From: Alphaproteobacteria bacterium
Lineage (GTDB): Bacteria > Pseudomonadota > Alphaproteobacteria > UBA828
DNA: 64,000 nt
Direction of reading: 5' to 3'
NCBI GenBank assembly: GCA_965221125.1
Contig: CBDCRW010000005.1
Location: 544,001-608,000, forward strand
Shown here: in pieces, positions 10,236-19,256 of the stretch
Position numbering within the stretch: position 1 is the first letter of the stretch
Layout of the letters: every line of letters starts with the position of its first letter
Program-made: the position numbers and the translations under genes
Notes under the pieces: model-generated
The model's input: the letters and a program-made list of their open reading frames with translations, nothing else
Database searches by the model: none
Told to the model about the DNA's origin: nothing

Positions 10236-10922
10236 CTAGCCTATTCTCTCCGCCGTGGCCAGCGCGGCGAGATGGCCCCTGAGCGCCGGAATGCCGGCGC
10301 CGGTGCGCGCGCTCGTGGCGATCAGCGACGGATAGGCGGCGACGTGAGTGGCGAGCGCCGCCTCGATGGCGACGACCTGCGCCGTCAGCGCTTCCGCCGT
10401 GAGCTTGTCGCACTTGGTCAGCACCGCGAGAAAGGACACCGCGCTCTGGTCGAAGGCGGCCATGACGGGCTCGTCGGCGGACGTGATGCCGCGCCGCGCG
10501 TCCAGCAGCAGGCAGACCCGCTGCAGCGTCGGCCGGCCGCGCAGGTAGGCCTCCGCGAGGCGCGTCCAGGCCTTGATCTTCTGCCGGGAGGCGGCGGCAT
10601 AGCCGTAGCCCGGCAGGTCGACGAGGGTGAGCCGGCCGTCCAGGTCGAAGAAGTTGAGCTCACGCGTGCGCCCCGGCGTGTTCGAGGTGCGGGCCAGCGC
10701 GCGCCGGCCGGTGAGCGCATTGACGAGGCTCGACTTGCCGACGTTGGAGCGTCCGGCGAAGGCGATCTCGGGCAGGCCGGGCGCGGGCAACCCGTCGGGC
10801 CCGGCTGCGCCCGCGACGAAAAGGCAGGGCCGCGCGAACAGCCTGCGGCCGGCCTCTAGCGCCGCCTGGCGCGCTTCCGCGTTCTCTGCCGGCGCGGCCT
10901 CGGCCGGTCCTGGCTCGTCCAT
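10236..10922 (-). CDS. engB: Ribosome biogenesis GTPase EngB/YihA
   Basis: [24 protein letters not shown]. Confidence 0.94.
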   Translation of the reverse strand: MDEPGPAEAAPAENAEARQAALEAGRRLFARPCLFVAGAAGPDGLPAPGLPEIAFAGRSNVGKSSLVNALTGRRALARTSNTPGRTRELNFFDLDGRLTLVDLPGYGYAAASRQKIKAWTRLAEAYLRGRPTLQRVCLLLDARRGITSADEPVMAAFDQSAVSFLAVLTKCDKLTAEALTAQVVAIEAALATHVAAYPSLIATSARTGAGIPALRGHLAALATAERIG

Positions 10923-13561
10923 TCGCTGCCGTCGGCGGGCGCGTCCGAGGATGACTCGGCCGCCGCCGCGTCGCCATCGTCCGCTGCCTCGGCTTCCGCT
11001 GCTTCCGCCTCCGCCGGCGCCTCGTCGAACGCCGCCTCGGCCGCGTAGTCGCCGTCCTCGTTGGCGCGTGCGGCGGCGCGTTCCGCCTTGCGCTGGCGGC
11101 GCGACTTCCTGGGCTTGTCATCGGAGGCGCGCGGGGGCGGCGCGGATGCGCGGGCAGGGGCGTCGTTGGCAGGCGGAATCCCGAGGCCGGCCTTCAGGCG
11201 ATCCATGAAGCCCGAGGGCTGGTTGGCGGCGGGCGCCGCCTTGCGCCGGCTCGCGGCCTTCTGCCGCTGCTTGCGGGCCATGGCCTTCCGCCGCGCGATC
11301 CGCGCACGCTCGGCGGCGGCCTGCTTGAACGACGAAGGCCGGGCGCCGCCCTCGCTCCGCGCTTCGGTCTTGCGGTCGCTGCGGGAACCGCTGGCGCTCT
11401 TGGCGTGAGGCTTCTGTGCGCCGGACGCATCGCTTGCCCGGCTGCGGGTCTGGCCTTCCTTGCGCCCGCTCGCGCTGGCGGTGCCGGTCTTGCGGCGGGG
11501 CGCATCGCCCTTGCGCTGGTCCCCCTCGCGGCGCTTATTCCCGGTGCGGGGCTGGGCCTTGCGGGCGCGGGCGGCGCTGTCTCGCTGCGTCCCATCCTGG
11601 CTGCGCGCGGCATCCTCGCGACCCGCCGAGCCCTCGGCTCTGGCCTCGGCGCCGGCGTGCGCCTTGTCCTTGGCCGGGTCCGGCCGCTTGGTCTTCTTGC
11701 GAGAGGAACGGCTCGGCTTCAGGAGGTCGCCTTTCTCCGCCGCCTCCTTGATCTTCTTTATCTTCTCCGCGTCCTCGGCGAGGCTCTGGCGGGTGATGCC
11801 CATGCGCCGCATGATCAGCCATTGCTGGCCGATGGAGAGCACGTTGTTCCAGGTCCAGTAGACGACCAGCCCCGCCGGGAAGCGCGCGAACAGGAAGAGG
11901 AAGATGATGGGCAGCGCCATCATGATCTTCTGCTGGATCGGCTCCATCGGCTGCGGGTTGAGCTTCATCTGCAGCCACATGGTCGCACCGAAGATGAGCG
12001 GCCAGATGCCGACCAGCAGGAACTCCGGCGCCGGCCATTCGAGCAATCCGAAGCCCGTGATGAAGGTCATCGGGTCCGGTGCGGAGAGATCGTCGATCCA
12101 GCCGAAGAAGGGCGCGTGGCGCATCTCGATGGTGACGAACAGCATGTAGTAGAGGGCGAAGAACACCGGAATCTGCGCCAGCAGCGGCAGGCAGCCCGCG
12201 ACCGGGTTGGCCTTCTGCTCCTTGTAGAGCTTCATCAGCTCCGAGTTCATCCGCTGCTTGTCGTCCTTGAAGCGCTCGCGCAGGCGGATCATCTCAGGCT
12301 GGAGCTTGCGCATCCGGCTCATGGACGCGTAGGCCTTGTTGGCCAGCGGGAAGAGCAGCACGCGCACGCAGATCGTCAGCAGCAGGATGGCCACACCGAA
12401 GTTGCCGGTCGCCCTGTTGAAGAAGTCGATGACGTAGAACATCGGCTTCGACAGGAACCAGGCCGGCCCGAAATCGACCGAAAGATCCAGGCGGTCCGCA
12501 CCGAGCGACTCCTCATAGGCGTCGAGCAGGCTGATCTCCTTGGCGCCGGTGAAGAGGTGCGAGGTGAGCGAGACCGCCTGCCCCGGATTCACCGTGAGCA
12601 CCTCGGCCTCGTAGATGGTCTGGAAGGAATCCGCCTGTCCGCCGTCCACCGGCACGTACTCGAAGCTGCCGCGGAACGGCATCTGCTGATCGGGGATCAG
12701 CGCCACCAGCCAGTACTTGTCGGTCAATCCCATCCAGCCGCCGGTGGCCTCGTAGCGGTAATCGACGCCGCCTCTGGGGTTCTCCACCCGCGCGTCGTAG
12801 GCGTCGCGCATGTCCTCGTAGTCGGCGTCGCGATAGTCCTCGCCGAAGACGCCGAGCGCGCCGTCCTGGAAGATGAAGAGCGGCTTGAACGGCAGGATCG
12901 ACTCGGTGGCGTCGCTGAACCGTGCGATCCGTGCATAGGGCGTGAGCGCGAGCGGGGCGCCGGTCGTGTTCAGCACCGACTGGGTGACGGTGAAGACGAA
13001 ATTCTCGTCGATGTCGATCTTGCGCGTGAACTGAAGCCCCGCGCCGTTGTCCCAGCGGAGCGTCACGGGCCGGCCGGGGGCTACGGTCGACTTGTCGGCG
13101 GCCCAAAGGGTGTCGGGCTGGGGCAGCGCGATGCCTTGGGCCGCGGTGATCCAGCCGAAATCAGCGAAATAGGGCCGCACTGAATCGCGGGGCTGGAGCA
13201 GCACGATGTTCGGGCTGTCCTCGTCCGCTTCCTCCCGGTAGTCGAGGAGTGTGATGGAATCGATGCGCCCGCCGAGGCGCGCGATCGAGCCGCTGAGGCG
13301 CGGTGACTCGATCGTGATGCGGGGGCTGTCGATACTCGCTTGGCGCAGCTCGGCCTGGGCCGCGGCGTCTCCGCCTGTGCCGGGCGCCACCTGATCCAGC
13401 GACGGCGGCGCGGTCCCCGGCACGGGTTGCTCGGCCACGCGCCGCGGCCGCTCATCGGTCGGGAAAAGCGCCGGCATGAGGAATTGCCAGCCCAGCAGGA
13501 TCACGAAGATCACGCCGATCGCGATGAGGAGGTTGCGTTTGTCTTCGCCGCCGCCAAACAT
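10856..13561 (-). CDS. yidC: Membrane protein insertase YidC with long C-terminal extension (901 aa)
   Basis: DFG..WFLSKP, GNFGVAI, KLQPEM, NPVAGCLP, QIPVFFALY, GWIDDLSAPD, GLVVYWTWNN; canonical operon position. Confidence 0.93.
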   Translation of the reverse strand: MFGGGEDKRNLLIAIGVIFVILLGWQFLMPALFPTDERPRRVAEQPVPGTAPPSLDQVAPGTGGDAAAQAELRQASIDSPRITIESPRLSGSIARLGGRIDSITLLDYREEADEDSPNIVLLQPRDSVRPYFADFGWITAAQGIALPQPDTLWAADKSTVAPGRPVTLRWDNGAGLQFTRKIDIDENFVFTVTQSVLNTTGAPLALTPYARIARFSDATESILPFKPLFIFQDGALGVFGEDYRDADYEDMRDAYDARVENPRGGVDYRYEATGGWMGLTDKYWLVALIPDQQMPFRGSFEYVPVDGGQADSFQTIYEAEVLTVNPGQAVSLTSHLFTGAKEISLLDAYEESLGADRLDLSVDFGPAWFLSKPMFYVIDFFNRATGNFGVAILLLTICVRVLLFPLANKAYASMSRMRKLQPEMIRLRERFKDDKQRMNSELMKLYKEQKANPVAGCLPLLAQIPVFFALYYMLFVTIEMRHAPFFGWIDDLSAPDPMTFITGFGLLEWPAPEFLLVGIWPLIFGATMWLQMKLNPQPMEPIQQKIMMALPIIFLFLFARFPAGLVVYWTWNNVLSIGQQWLIMRRMGITRQSLAEDAEKIKKIKEAAEKGDLLKPSRSSRKKTKRPDPAKDKAHAGAEARAEGSAGREDAARSQDGTQRDSAARARKAQPRTGNKRREGDQRKGDAPRRKTGTASASGRKEGQTRSRASDASGAQKPHAKSASGSRSDRKTEARSEGGARPSSFKQAAAERARIARRKAMARKQRQKAASRRKAAPAANQPSGFMDRLKAGLGIPPANDAPARASAPPPRASDDKPRKSRRQRKAERAAARANEDGDYAAEAAFDEAPAEAEAAEAEAADDGDAAAAESSSDAPADGSEWTSQDRPRPRRQRTRKRARRR

Positions 13562-13581
13562 GTGACGCTCGCTCGCCCCGG

Positions 13582-13848
13582 TCAGCGGGGGGCGCGCCCC
13601 CCGGATGCGCTCAAGATGCGGAGCGGACGCTCGGGCACCTCGTCCACCCCGCCGGGGCAGAACGGGTTGCAGCGCAGCACCCGCCACAGCGCGAGCGCGA
13701 GACCAACCACCGCCCCGTGACGCTTCAGCGCGGTCATCGCGTAGTGCGAGCAGGTCGGCTCGAACCGGCAGCTCGGCGGCACCAGGGGCGAAATGAAATA
13801 CTGGTATCCGCGGATCAGGCCCACGATCAGTAACGCGATCGGTTTCAT
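13582..13848 (-). CDS. yidD: Membrane protein insertion efficiency factor YidD
   Basis: [26 protein letters not shown]. Confidence 0.93.
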   Translation of the reverse strand: MKPIALLIVGLIRGYQYFISPLVPPSCRFEPTCSHYAMTALKRHGAVVGLALALWRVLRCNPFCPGGVDEVPERPLRILSASGGRAPR

Positions 13849-14276
13849 GCGTCTCCCGCTCTTGGGCCCGCCCTGCGCTGCCGGCCGGCGGCGGCTTGCC
13901 GTCCGCCCCTCGGCGACCGATCGCGCATCCGCGCACTGACCCGCGCGAGCGCTGCGGCCAGATCGTCGAGCAGCGCGTCGAACGGGCGGGTCAGCGTGGC
14001 GGCGCGCGCGATGACGACATAGTCGCAGCCGCATTGCGCCGAGGCCGGCATAACATGGGCCACCGCCGCGCGCAATCGGCGCTTGGCGCGGTTGCGGGTG
14101 ACCGCGTTGCCGATGCGCCGGCTCGCGGTGTAGCCCACGCGCACATGTCCGGCTCCGGAACTCGCCTGCGCTGGTGCCGGCGCCGCCTGCAGCACCAGCC
14201 CCGGTGCTGCCCAGTGGCACGCCGCGGCGCGCACGCGCAGGAAGTCGCTCCGCTTCTTGAGTGTGGCGATGCGCAT
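13845..14276 (-). CDS. rnpA: Ribonuclease P protein component
   Basis: [31 protein letters not shown]. Confidence 0.93.
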   Translation of the reverse strand: MRIATLKKRSDFLRVRAAACHWAAPGLVLQAAPAPAQASSGAGHVRVGYTASRRIGNAVTRNRAKRRLRAAVAHVMPASAQCGCDYVVIARAATLTRPFDALLDDLAAALARVSARMRDRSPRGGRQAAAGRQRRAGPRAGDA

Positions 14277-14322
14277 CGAGCGTCCGGGAAGTAACCATGG
14301 GCGAGGCCGCGCCCCGCCAACC

Positions 14323-14457
14323 CTACACGGTGAGCCGCTTGCGCCCCTTCGCGCGCCTGCGCGCGAGTATGCGCCGGCCGCCGACGGACTTCATGCGCTG
14401 CCTGAAGCCGTGGCGCCGCTTGCGCACGATGTTGCTTGGCTGATAGGTCCGCTTCAC
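14323..14457 (-). CDS. rpmH: 50S ribosomal protein L34
   Basis: Manual translation (GTG start) [22 protein letters not shown]...GRKRLTV*. Confidence 0.95.
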   Translation of the reverse strand: MKRTYQPSNIVRKRRHGFRQRMKSVGGRRILARRRAKGRKRLTV

Positions 14458-14507
14458 GCCTTGTCTCCGCTCCCGGCAGGGTCGCTCGCGAGCGCCGGGG
14501 CCGCCGC

Positions 14508-14536
14508 TGTATAGGCGTGCCCCCGGCCCCTGTCAA
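14508..14536 (-). promoter_or_regulatory. sigma70-type promoter of rpmH operon
   Basis: Minus strand TTGACA-17 bp-TATACA upstream of rpmH. Confidence 0.7.
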
Positions 14537-14561
14537 CGCGCGTGGCGCGCTCCGACCGGAG

Positions 14562-15530
14562 TCAAGGTGGAATGCGGCCGGCGAGCCAGTCCTCGATCAG
14601 GCGGCGGGAGATCGAGTAGCGGCCCGGCAGGCGGAACGCGTCCGAGTCCCGCCGGCCCAGCAGGTCGCGCCGCTTGTACCAGTGCGCGTACTCCAGCTCG
14701 GTCTCGTCGACCGCGATCTCGCGGGAACGCGCTTCGGCCATGAACCCCACCATGATCGTGCCGGGGAAGGGCCAGGGCTGCGAGGAGTGGTAGCGGACAT
14801 CGCCCACCTTGATCCCGCTTTCCTCCTTGATCTCGCGGGCGACGCACTCCTCGAGGCTCTCGCCGGGCTCGAGGAAGCCCGCAAGCGTGGAGTGCATGCC
14901 CGGCGGCCAGCGCGACTGGCGGCAGAGGAGGCAGTCGTCGCCGTCGTGGACCAGCGTGATCACCGCCGTGTCCGTTCTCGGGAAGTGGACCGCCCCGCAG
15001 TCCTCGTTGGTGCAGCGCCGCTGGTGGCCGGCCTCCAGCGCCTCAGCAGGCGCGCCGCAGGCGCCGCAGAAGCGGTGCCGCCGGTGCCAGTAGGTGAGCC
15101 CCCGCGCGTATGCCACGAGCGCCGCGTCTGTGCCCGGTACGATCTGCACCAGCTCGCGCAGATCCATCAGCTCGCCGCCGGGCGAGCGGGCCAGCAGGGT
15201 CTCGGCCTCCACGTGCGAGAAATCGACGACGAAGTGCGCCGCGCCGGCCTCGGCGGCCGCGCCGTCCTCGCCGTTCTCGACCTCGACGCCCAGCAGCGAA
15301 GGCTCGGCGCCGGCGTCGAGCAGGCCGTCGAGGGTCTCGCGGTAGTGGATAACGGCGCGCGGCTCGGGGCCGAGGCGGACGACGGCATTCTGCCGCCAGA
15401 TCGCGAGGAAGCGCGTCGACGGGTCTTCGAGGCGCGCTGCGAGCCATGCGGCGTCGGTCCGCAGATGCGCGGCCCGGTCGAGCGGCATGCCGGCCAGCAC
15501 GTTGCCGTGGATGCGCGTGAGCCTGCTCAT
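14562..15530 (-). CDS. nudC: NAD(H) pyrophosphatase NudC
   Basis: FCGACG zinc site, FPRTD, Nudix box GFLEPGESLEECVAREIKEESG, SQPWPFP. Confidence 0.93.
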   Translation of the reverse strand: MSRLTRIHGNVLAGMPLDRAAHLRTDAAWLAARLEDPSTRFLAIWRQNAVVRLGPEPRAVIHYRETLDGLLDAGAEPSLLGVEVENGEDGAAAEAGAAHFVVDFSHVEAETLLARSPGGELMDLRELVQIVPGTDAALVAYARGLTYWHRRHRFCGACGAPAEALEAGHQRRCTNEDCGAVHFPRTDTAVITLVHDGDDCLLCRQSRWPPGMHSTLAGFLEPGESLEECVAREIKEESGIKVGDVRYHSSQPWPFPGTIMVGFMAEARSREIAVDETELEYAHWYKRRDLLGRRDSDAFRLPGRYSISRRLIEDWLAGRIPP

Positions 15531-15691
15531 GCCTCAACCTCGCACACAGCCTGGGTCTTTCATACCCCTCAGGCGCATCGCGCGCTCATGCGCGCGTAAC
15601 CGCGCGACGCGCTCGTCTCGCGGTCGCCGCAGGCGGGGACTATAGTGGCCGTCTCGATGCACGAAACGTCCGGAGGCCACGAACCACTGCG

Positions 15692-16582
15692 ATGAGCGCC
15701 CTTCTGCACGTCCCACTGGAAGACCGCGGCGTCGTATCCGTCGACGGGCCGGAGGCTGGTCCCTTCCTCCAGGGGCTGATCTCCAACGACATCGAGCGCG
15801 TGACGGATGCGCGCGGCATCTACGCGGCGCTGCTCACGCCGCAGGGCAAGTTCCTGCACGACTTCTTCGTGCTGCGCCGGGGCGCGGGCTACCTGCTAGA
15901 CTGCGAGGGCCCGCGCACGGGCGATCTCGGGCGCAGGCTCATGGCCTACAGGCTGCGCGCCGACGTCGCCCTTGCCGACGCCACCGAGGATTTTAGGGTG
16001 ATCGCGCTGTTCGGCGGCGATGGCGGCAACGGTGCGTTCGACCTGCCGGCGGACGAAGGCAGCGCGGCGCCCTGCGCGGGCGGCACGCTCATGCGGGACC
16101 CGAGAGGCGCGGTGCTCGGACTCCGCGCGGTGCTGCCCGTCGGCGCGGACCTCGCGTTCCTGGAGCAGGCGGGCTTCGCGCGCGGCAGCCCGGCCGACTA
16201 CGAGCGCCACCGCATCGCCATGGGCGCGCCCGACGGCAGCCGCGACATGGAGGTCGGCCGGGCGACGCTGATGGAGTGCGGCTTCGAGGCGCTCAACGGC
16301 GTCGACTTCGAGAAGGGCTGCTACGTCGGCCAGGAGCTGACGGCGCGGACCAAGCACCGGGGCCTCGTGCGCCGCCGCCTCGCGCGCGTGGCGCTGGAGG
16401 GCCCGCTGCCGCCGGCCGGCACGCCGATTGTGGCGGGCGAGCGCGAGGTCGGCGAGATCCGCTCCGGCCTGGGCGCTGCCGCGCTCGCGGTGCTGCGGCT
16501 GGAGCGGATCACCGCCGCCGCCGAGGCTGGCACGCCGCTCACCGCCGGCGACGCGCGGGTTATTCCTCCCGACCGTCCCTGA
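15692..16582 (+). CDS. ygfZ: Folate-binding Fe-S/tRNA-modifying protein YgfZ
   Basis: LLTPQGK and KGCYVGQE motifs. Confidence 0.92.
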   Translation: MSALLHVPLEDRGVVSVDGPEAGPFLQGLISNDIERVTDARGIYAALLTPQGKFLHDFFVLRRGAGYLLDCEGPRTGDLGRRLMAYRLRADVALADATEDFRVIALFGGDGGNGAFDLPADEGSAAPCAGGTLMRDPRGAVLGLRAVLPVGADLAFLEQAGFARGSPADYERHRIAMGAPDGSRDMEVGRATLMECGFEALNGVDFEKGCYVGQELTARTKHRGLVRRRLARVALEGPLPPAGTPIVAGEREVGEIRSGLGAAALAVLRLERITAAAEAGTPLTAGDARVIPPDRP

Positions 16583-19256
16583 GCGTTCCCGCTGCGCCCT
16601 CTACGTGCGCGATGGCGGCCTGGGCGGCCGCGAGCCGCGCCACGGGCACGCGGTAGGGGGAGCAGGAGACGTAGTCGAGGCCGACGCCCTCGAAGAAGTC
16701 GATGGACGCCGGGTCGCCGCCGTGCTCGCCGCAGATGCCGAGCTTGAGGTCGGGCCGCGCGGCCCGCCCGCGCTCCGCGGCGACCTGCACGAGCTCGCCC
16801 ACGCCTTCGCGGTCGAGGCTCGCGAAGGGGTCGCGCGCCAGGATCCCGGCGCGCTCGTAGTCGCCGACGAAGCTCGCCGCATCGTCGCGCGAGATGCCGA
16901 AGGCGGTCTGCGTCAGGTCGTTGGTGCCGAAGCTGAAGAAGGACGCGCTCTCGGCGATCTCGCCGGCACGGAGCGCCGCGCGCGGCAGCTCGATCATTGT
17001 GCCGATGGCGTAGGCGATCGCGGCGCCGGTCTCCTCCTCCACCGCGCCGTGGACGCGCTCGATGACGGCCTTGAGGATGTCGAACTCGCGCCTGGTCGCC
17101 ACCAGCGGAATCATGATCTCGAGCGCGACCGGGCGCTCGCTTCTCGCCTCCGCCGCCGCTTCGAAGATGGCGCGCGCCTGCATCTCGTAGATCTCGGGGT
17201 AGGAGATGCCGAGGCGGCAGCCGCGATGCCCCAGCATGGGGTTGATCTCGTGCAGCTGCGCGATGCGCGCGCGCAGCGCCTCCACCGTGACGCCGGCGGC
17301 CTGCGCCACGCCCGCGATCTCGGCGTCCGAGCGCGGCAGGAACTCGTGCAGCGGCGGGTCGAGCAGGCGGATCGTCACCGGCAGCCCCGCCATGATGCGG
17401 AAGAGCGCGGCGAAATCGCTGCGTTGCGCCGGCAGCAGCTTGGCGAGCGCGGCGCGGCGGCCCTCCGCATCCGTCGCCACGATCATCTCGCGCACGGCGA
17501 CGATGCGCGCATCGTCGAAGAACATGTGCTCGGTACGGCAGAGGCCGATCCCCTCCGCGCCGAAGCGGAGCGCCGTCTCGGCGTCGGCGGGCGTCTCGGC
17601 GTTGGCGCGGACCCTGAGCCGCCGCGCGCGGTCCGCCCAGCCCATGAGGGTCGCGAAATCGTCGGAGAGCGCGGGCTCGATGGTGGGCACCGCGCCGTCG
17701 AGCAGTTCGCCGCTCGCGCCGTCTATGGTGACCGTGTCGCCGGCGGCGATCACCGCATCGCCCGCCCGGCACTCGCGCGCCGCCTCGTCGATGCGGAGCG
17801 CGCTCGCCCCGGTGATGCAGGGCCGCCCCATGCCGCGGGCGACGACGGCGGCGTGGCTCGTCATGCCGCCCCGGCTGGTGACGATCCCGCGTGCCGCGTG
17901 CATGCCGTGGATGTCCTCAGGGCTCGTCTCGGTGCGGAGCAGGATCACGGCCTCGCCCCGATTGGCGCGGTCCTCCGCCTCGTCGGGGTCGAAGACGACC
18001 GTGCCGCAGGCCGCGCCCGGCGATGCCGGCAGGCCCCGCGCCAGCACCCGGCGGGGCGCATCGGGGTCGAGGGTGGGGTGGAGCAGCTGCTCGAGCGCGA
18101 GCGGATCCACCCGCGCGAGCGCCTCCGCCTCGCTCACCAGGCCCTGGCGCGCCATGTCGACGGCGATCTTGAGCGCCGCCTTGGCCGTGCGCTTGCCGGC
18201 GCGCGTCTGCAGGATCCAGAGTGTGCCGCCCTGCACCGTGAACTCGACGTCCTGCATGTCGCGGTAGTGGCGCTCCAGGCGCTCCATCACCGCCTCAAGC
18301 GCGGCGAAGGCGTCCGGCATCGCGCGTTCCATGGAGGGCGCGTCGGTGCCGCTCGCCTCTCGCCCGGCCTCGCTCACGGCGCTCGGCGTGCGGATGCCGG
18401 CGACCACGTCTTCTCCTTGAGCGTTGACCAGGTACTCGCCGTAGAGCGCGGCCTCGCCGGTGGACGGGTTGCGCGTGAACGCGACGCCGGTGGCGCAGTC
18501 GTTCCCCATGTTGCCGAAGACCATGGCCTGCACGGTGACCGCCGTGCCCCACTCGGCCGGGATGCCGTGCAGCCTGCGGTAGGTGACGGCGCGCGCGTTC
18601 ATCCACGAATCGAGGACCGCGCGGATCGCGCCCCGGAGCTGCGCCCGCGCATCCTGCGGGAAGTCGCTGCCGGTCTCGTCCCGCACCAGGGCCTTGTAGG
18701 CGTCGATCAGGCGGTACCAGTCGCCGGCCTGCATCTCGGTGTCGAGGCGGTAGCCCCGCGCTTCCTTCTCCTGCTCCAGCAGCTCCTCGAAGGCGCGGTG
18801 CTCGACGCCGAGCACGACGTCGCCGTACATCTGGATGAGGCGGCGGTAGCTGTCGTAGGCGAAGCGGGCATCGCCGCTGGTCCGCGCGAGGCCGTCCGCC
18901 GTCTCGTCGTTGAGGCCGAGATTGAGCACGGTGTCCATCATGCCGGGCATGGACGCGCGCGCGCCGGAGCGGACGGAGACCAGAAGCGTGCGGGCCGGAT
19001 CGCCGAAGCCAGCGCCCGCGATCCGCTCGACATGGGCGAGGCCGGCCTCGATCTCGGCGTCGAGGCCGGCGGGCACGGTGCGCGCTTGCGCGTAGTAGGC
19101 GTTGCAGAGCGCTGTCGTGATGGTGAAGCCGGGCGGGACAGGCAAGCCAATCGCGGCCATCTCGGCGAGGTTGGCGCCCTTGCCGCCGAGCAGCCCGCGC
19201 ATTTGGGCGTTGCCGTCCGCCTCGCCCCCGCCGAAGCGGTAGACCCAGCCGGCCAC
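16560..19256 (-). CDS. ppdK: Pyruvate, phosphate dikinase
   Basis: LGGKGANL, SMPGMMDT, GGMTSHAAVVAR, GLCRTEHM, FSFGTNDLTQ, GICGEHGG. Confidence 0.97.
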   Translation of the reverse strand: MAGWVYRFGGGEADGNAQMRGLLGGKGANLAEMAAIGLPVPPGFTITTALCNAYYAQARTVPAGLDAEIEAGLAHVERIAGAGFGDPARTLLVSVRSGARASMPGMMDTVLNLGLNDETADGLARTSGDARFAYDSYRRLIQMYGDVVLGVEHRAFEELLEQEKEARGYRLDTEMQAGDWYRLIDAYKALVRDETGSDFPQDARAQLRGAIRAVLDSWMNARAVTYRRLHGIPAEWGTAVTVQAMVFGNMGNDCATGVAFTRNPSTGEAALYGEYLVNAQGEDVVAGIRTPSAVSEAGREASGTDAPSMERAMPDAFAALEAVMERLERHYRDMQDVEFTVQGGTLWILQTRAGKRTAKAALKIAVDMARQGLVSEAEALARVDPLALEQLLHPTLDPDAPRRVLARGLPASPGAACGTVVFDPDEAEDRANRGEAVILLRTETSPEDIHGMHAARGIVTSRGGMTSHAAVVARGMGRPCITGASALRIDEAARECRAGDAVIAAGDTVTIDGASGELLDGAVPTIEPALSDDFATLMGWADRARRLRVRANAETPADAETALRFGAEGIGLCRTEHMFFDDARIVAVREMIVATDAEGRRAALAKLLPAQRSDFAALFRIMAGLPVTIRLLDPPLHEFLPRSDAEIAGVAQAAGVTVEALRARIAQLHEINPMLGHRGCRLGISYPEIYEMQARAIFEAAAEARSERPVALEIMIPLVATRREFDILKAVIERVHGAVEEETGAAIAYAIGTMIELPRAALRAGEIAESASFFSFGTNDLTQTAFGISRDDAASFVGDYERAGILARDPFASLDREGVGELVQVAAERGRAARPDLKLGICGEHGGDPASIDFFEGVGLDYVSCSPYRVPVARLAAAQAAIAHVEGAAGTLRDGREE

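Noticed and set aside
16560-16582. Convergent 23-bp overlap of ygfZ and ppdK
   Set aside because: Short tail-to-tail overlaps are ordinary
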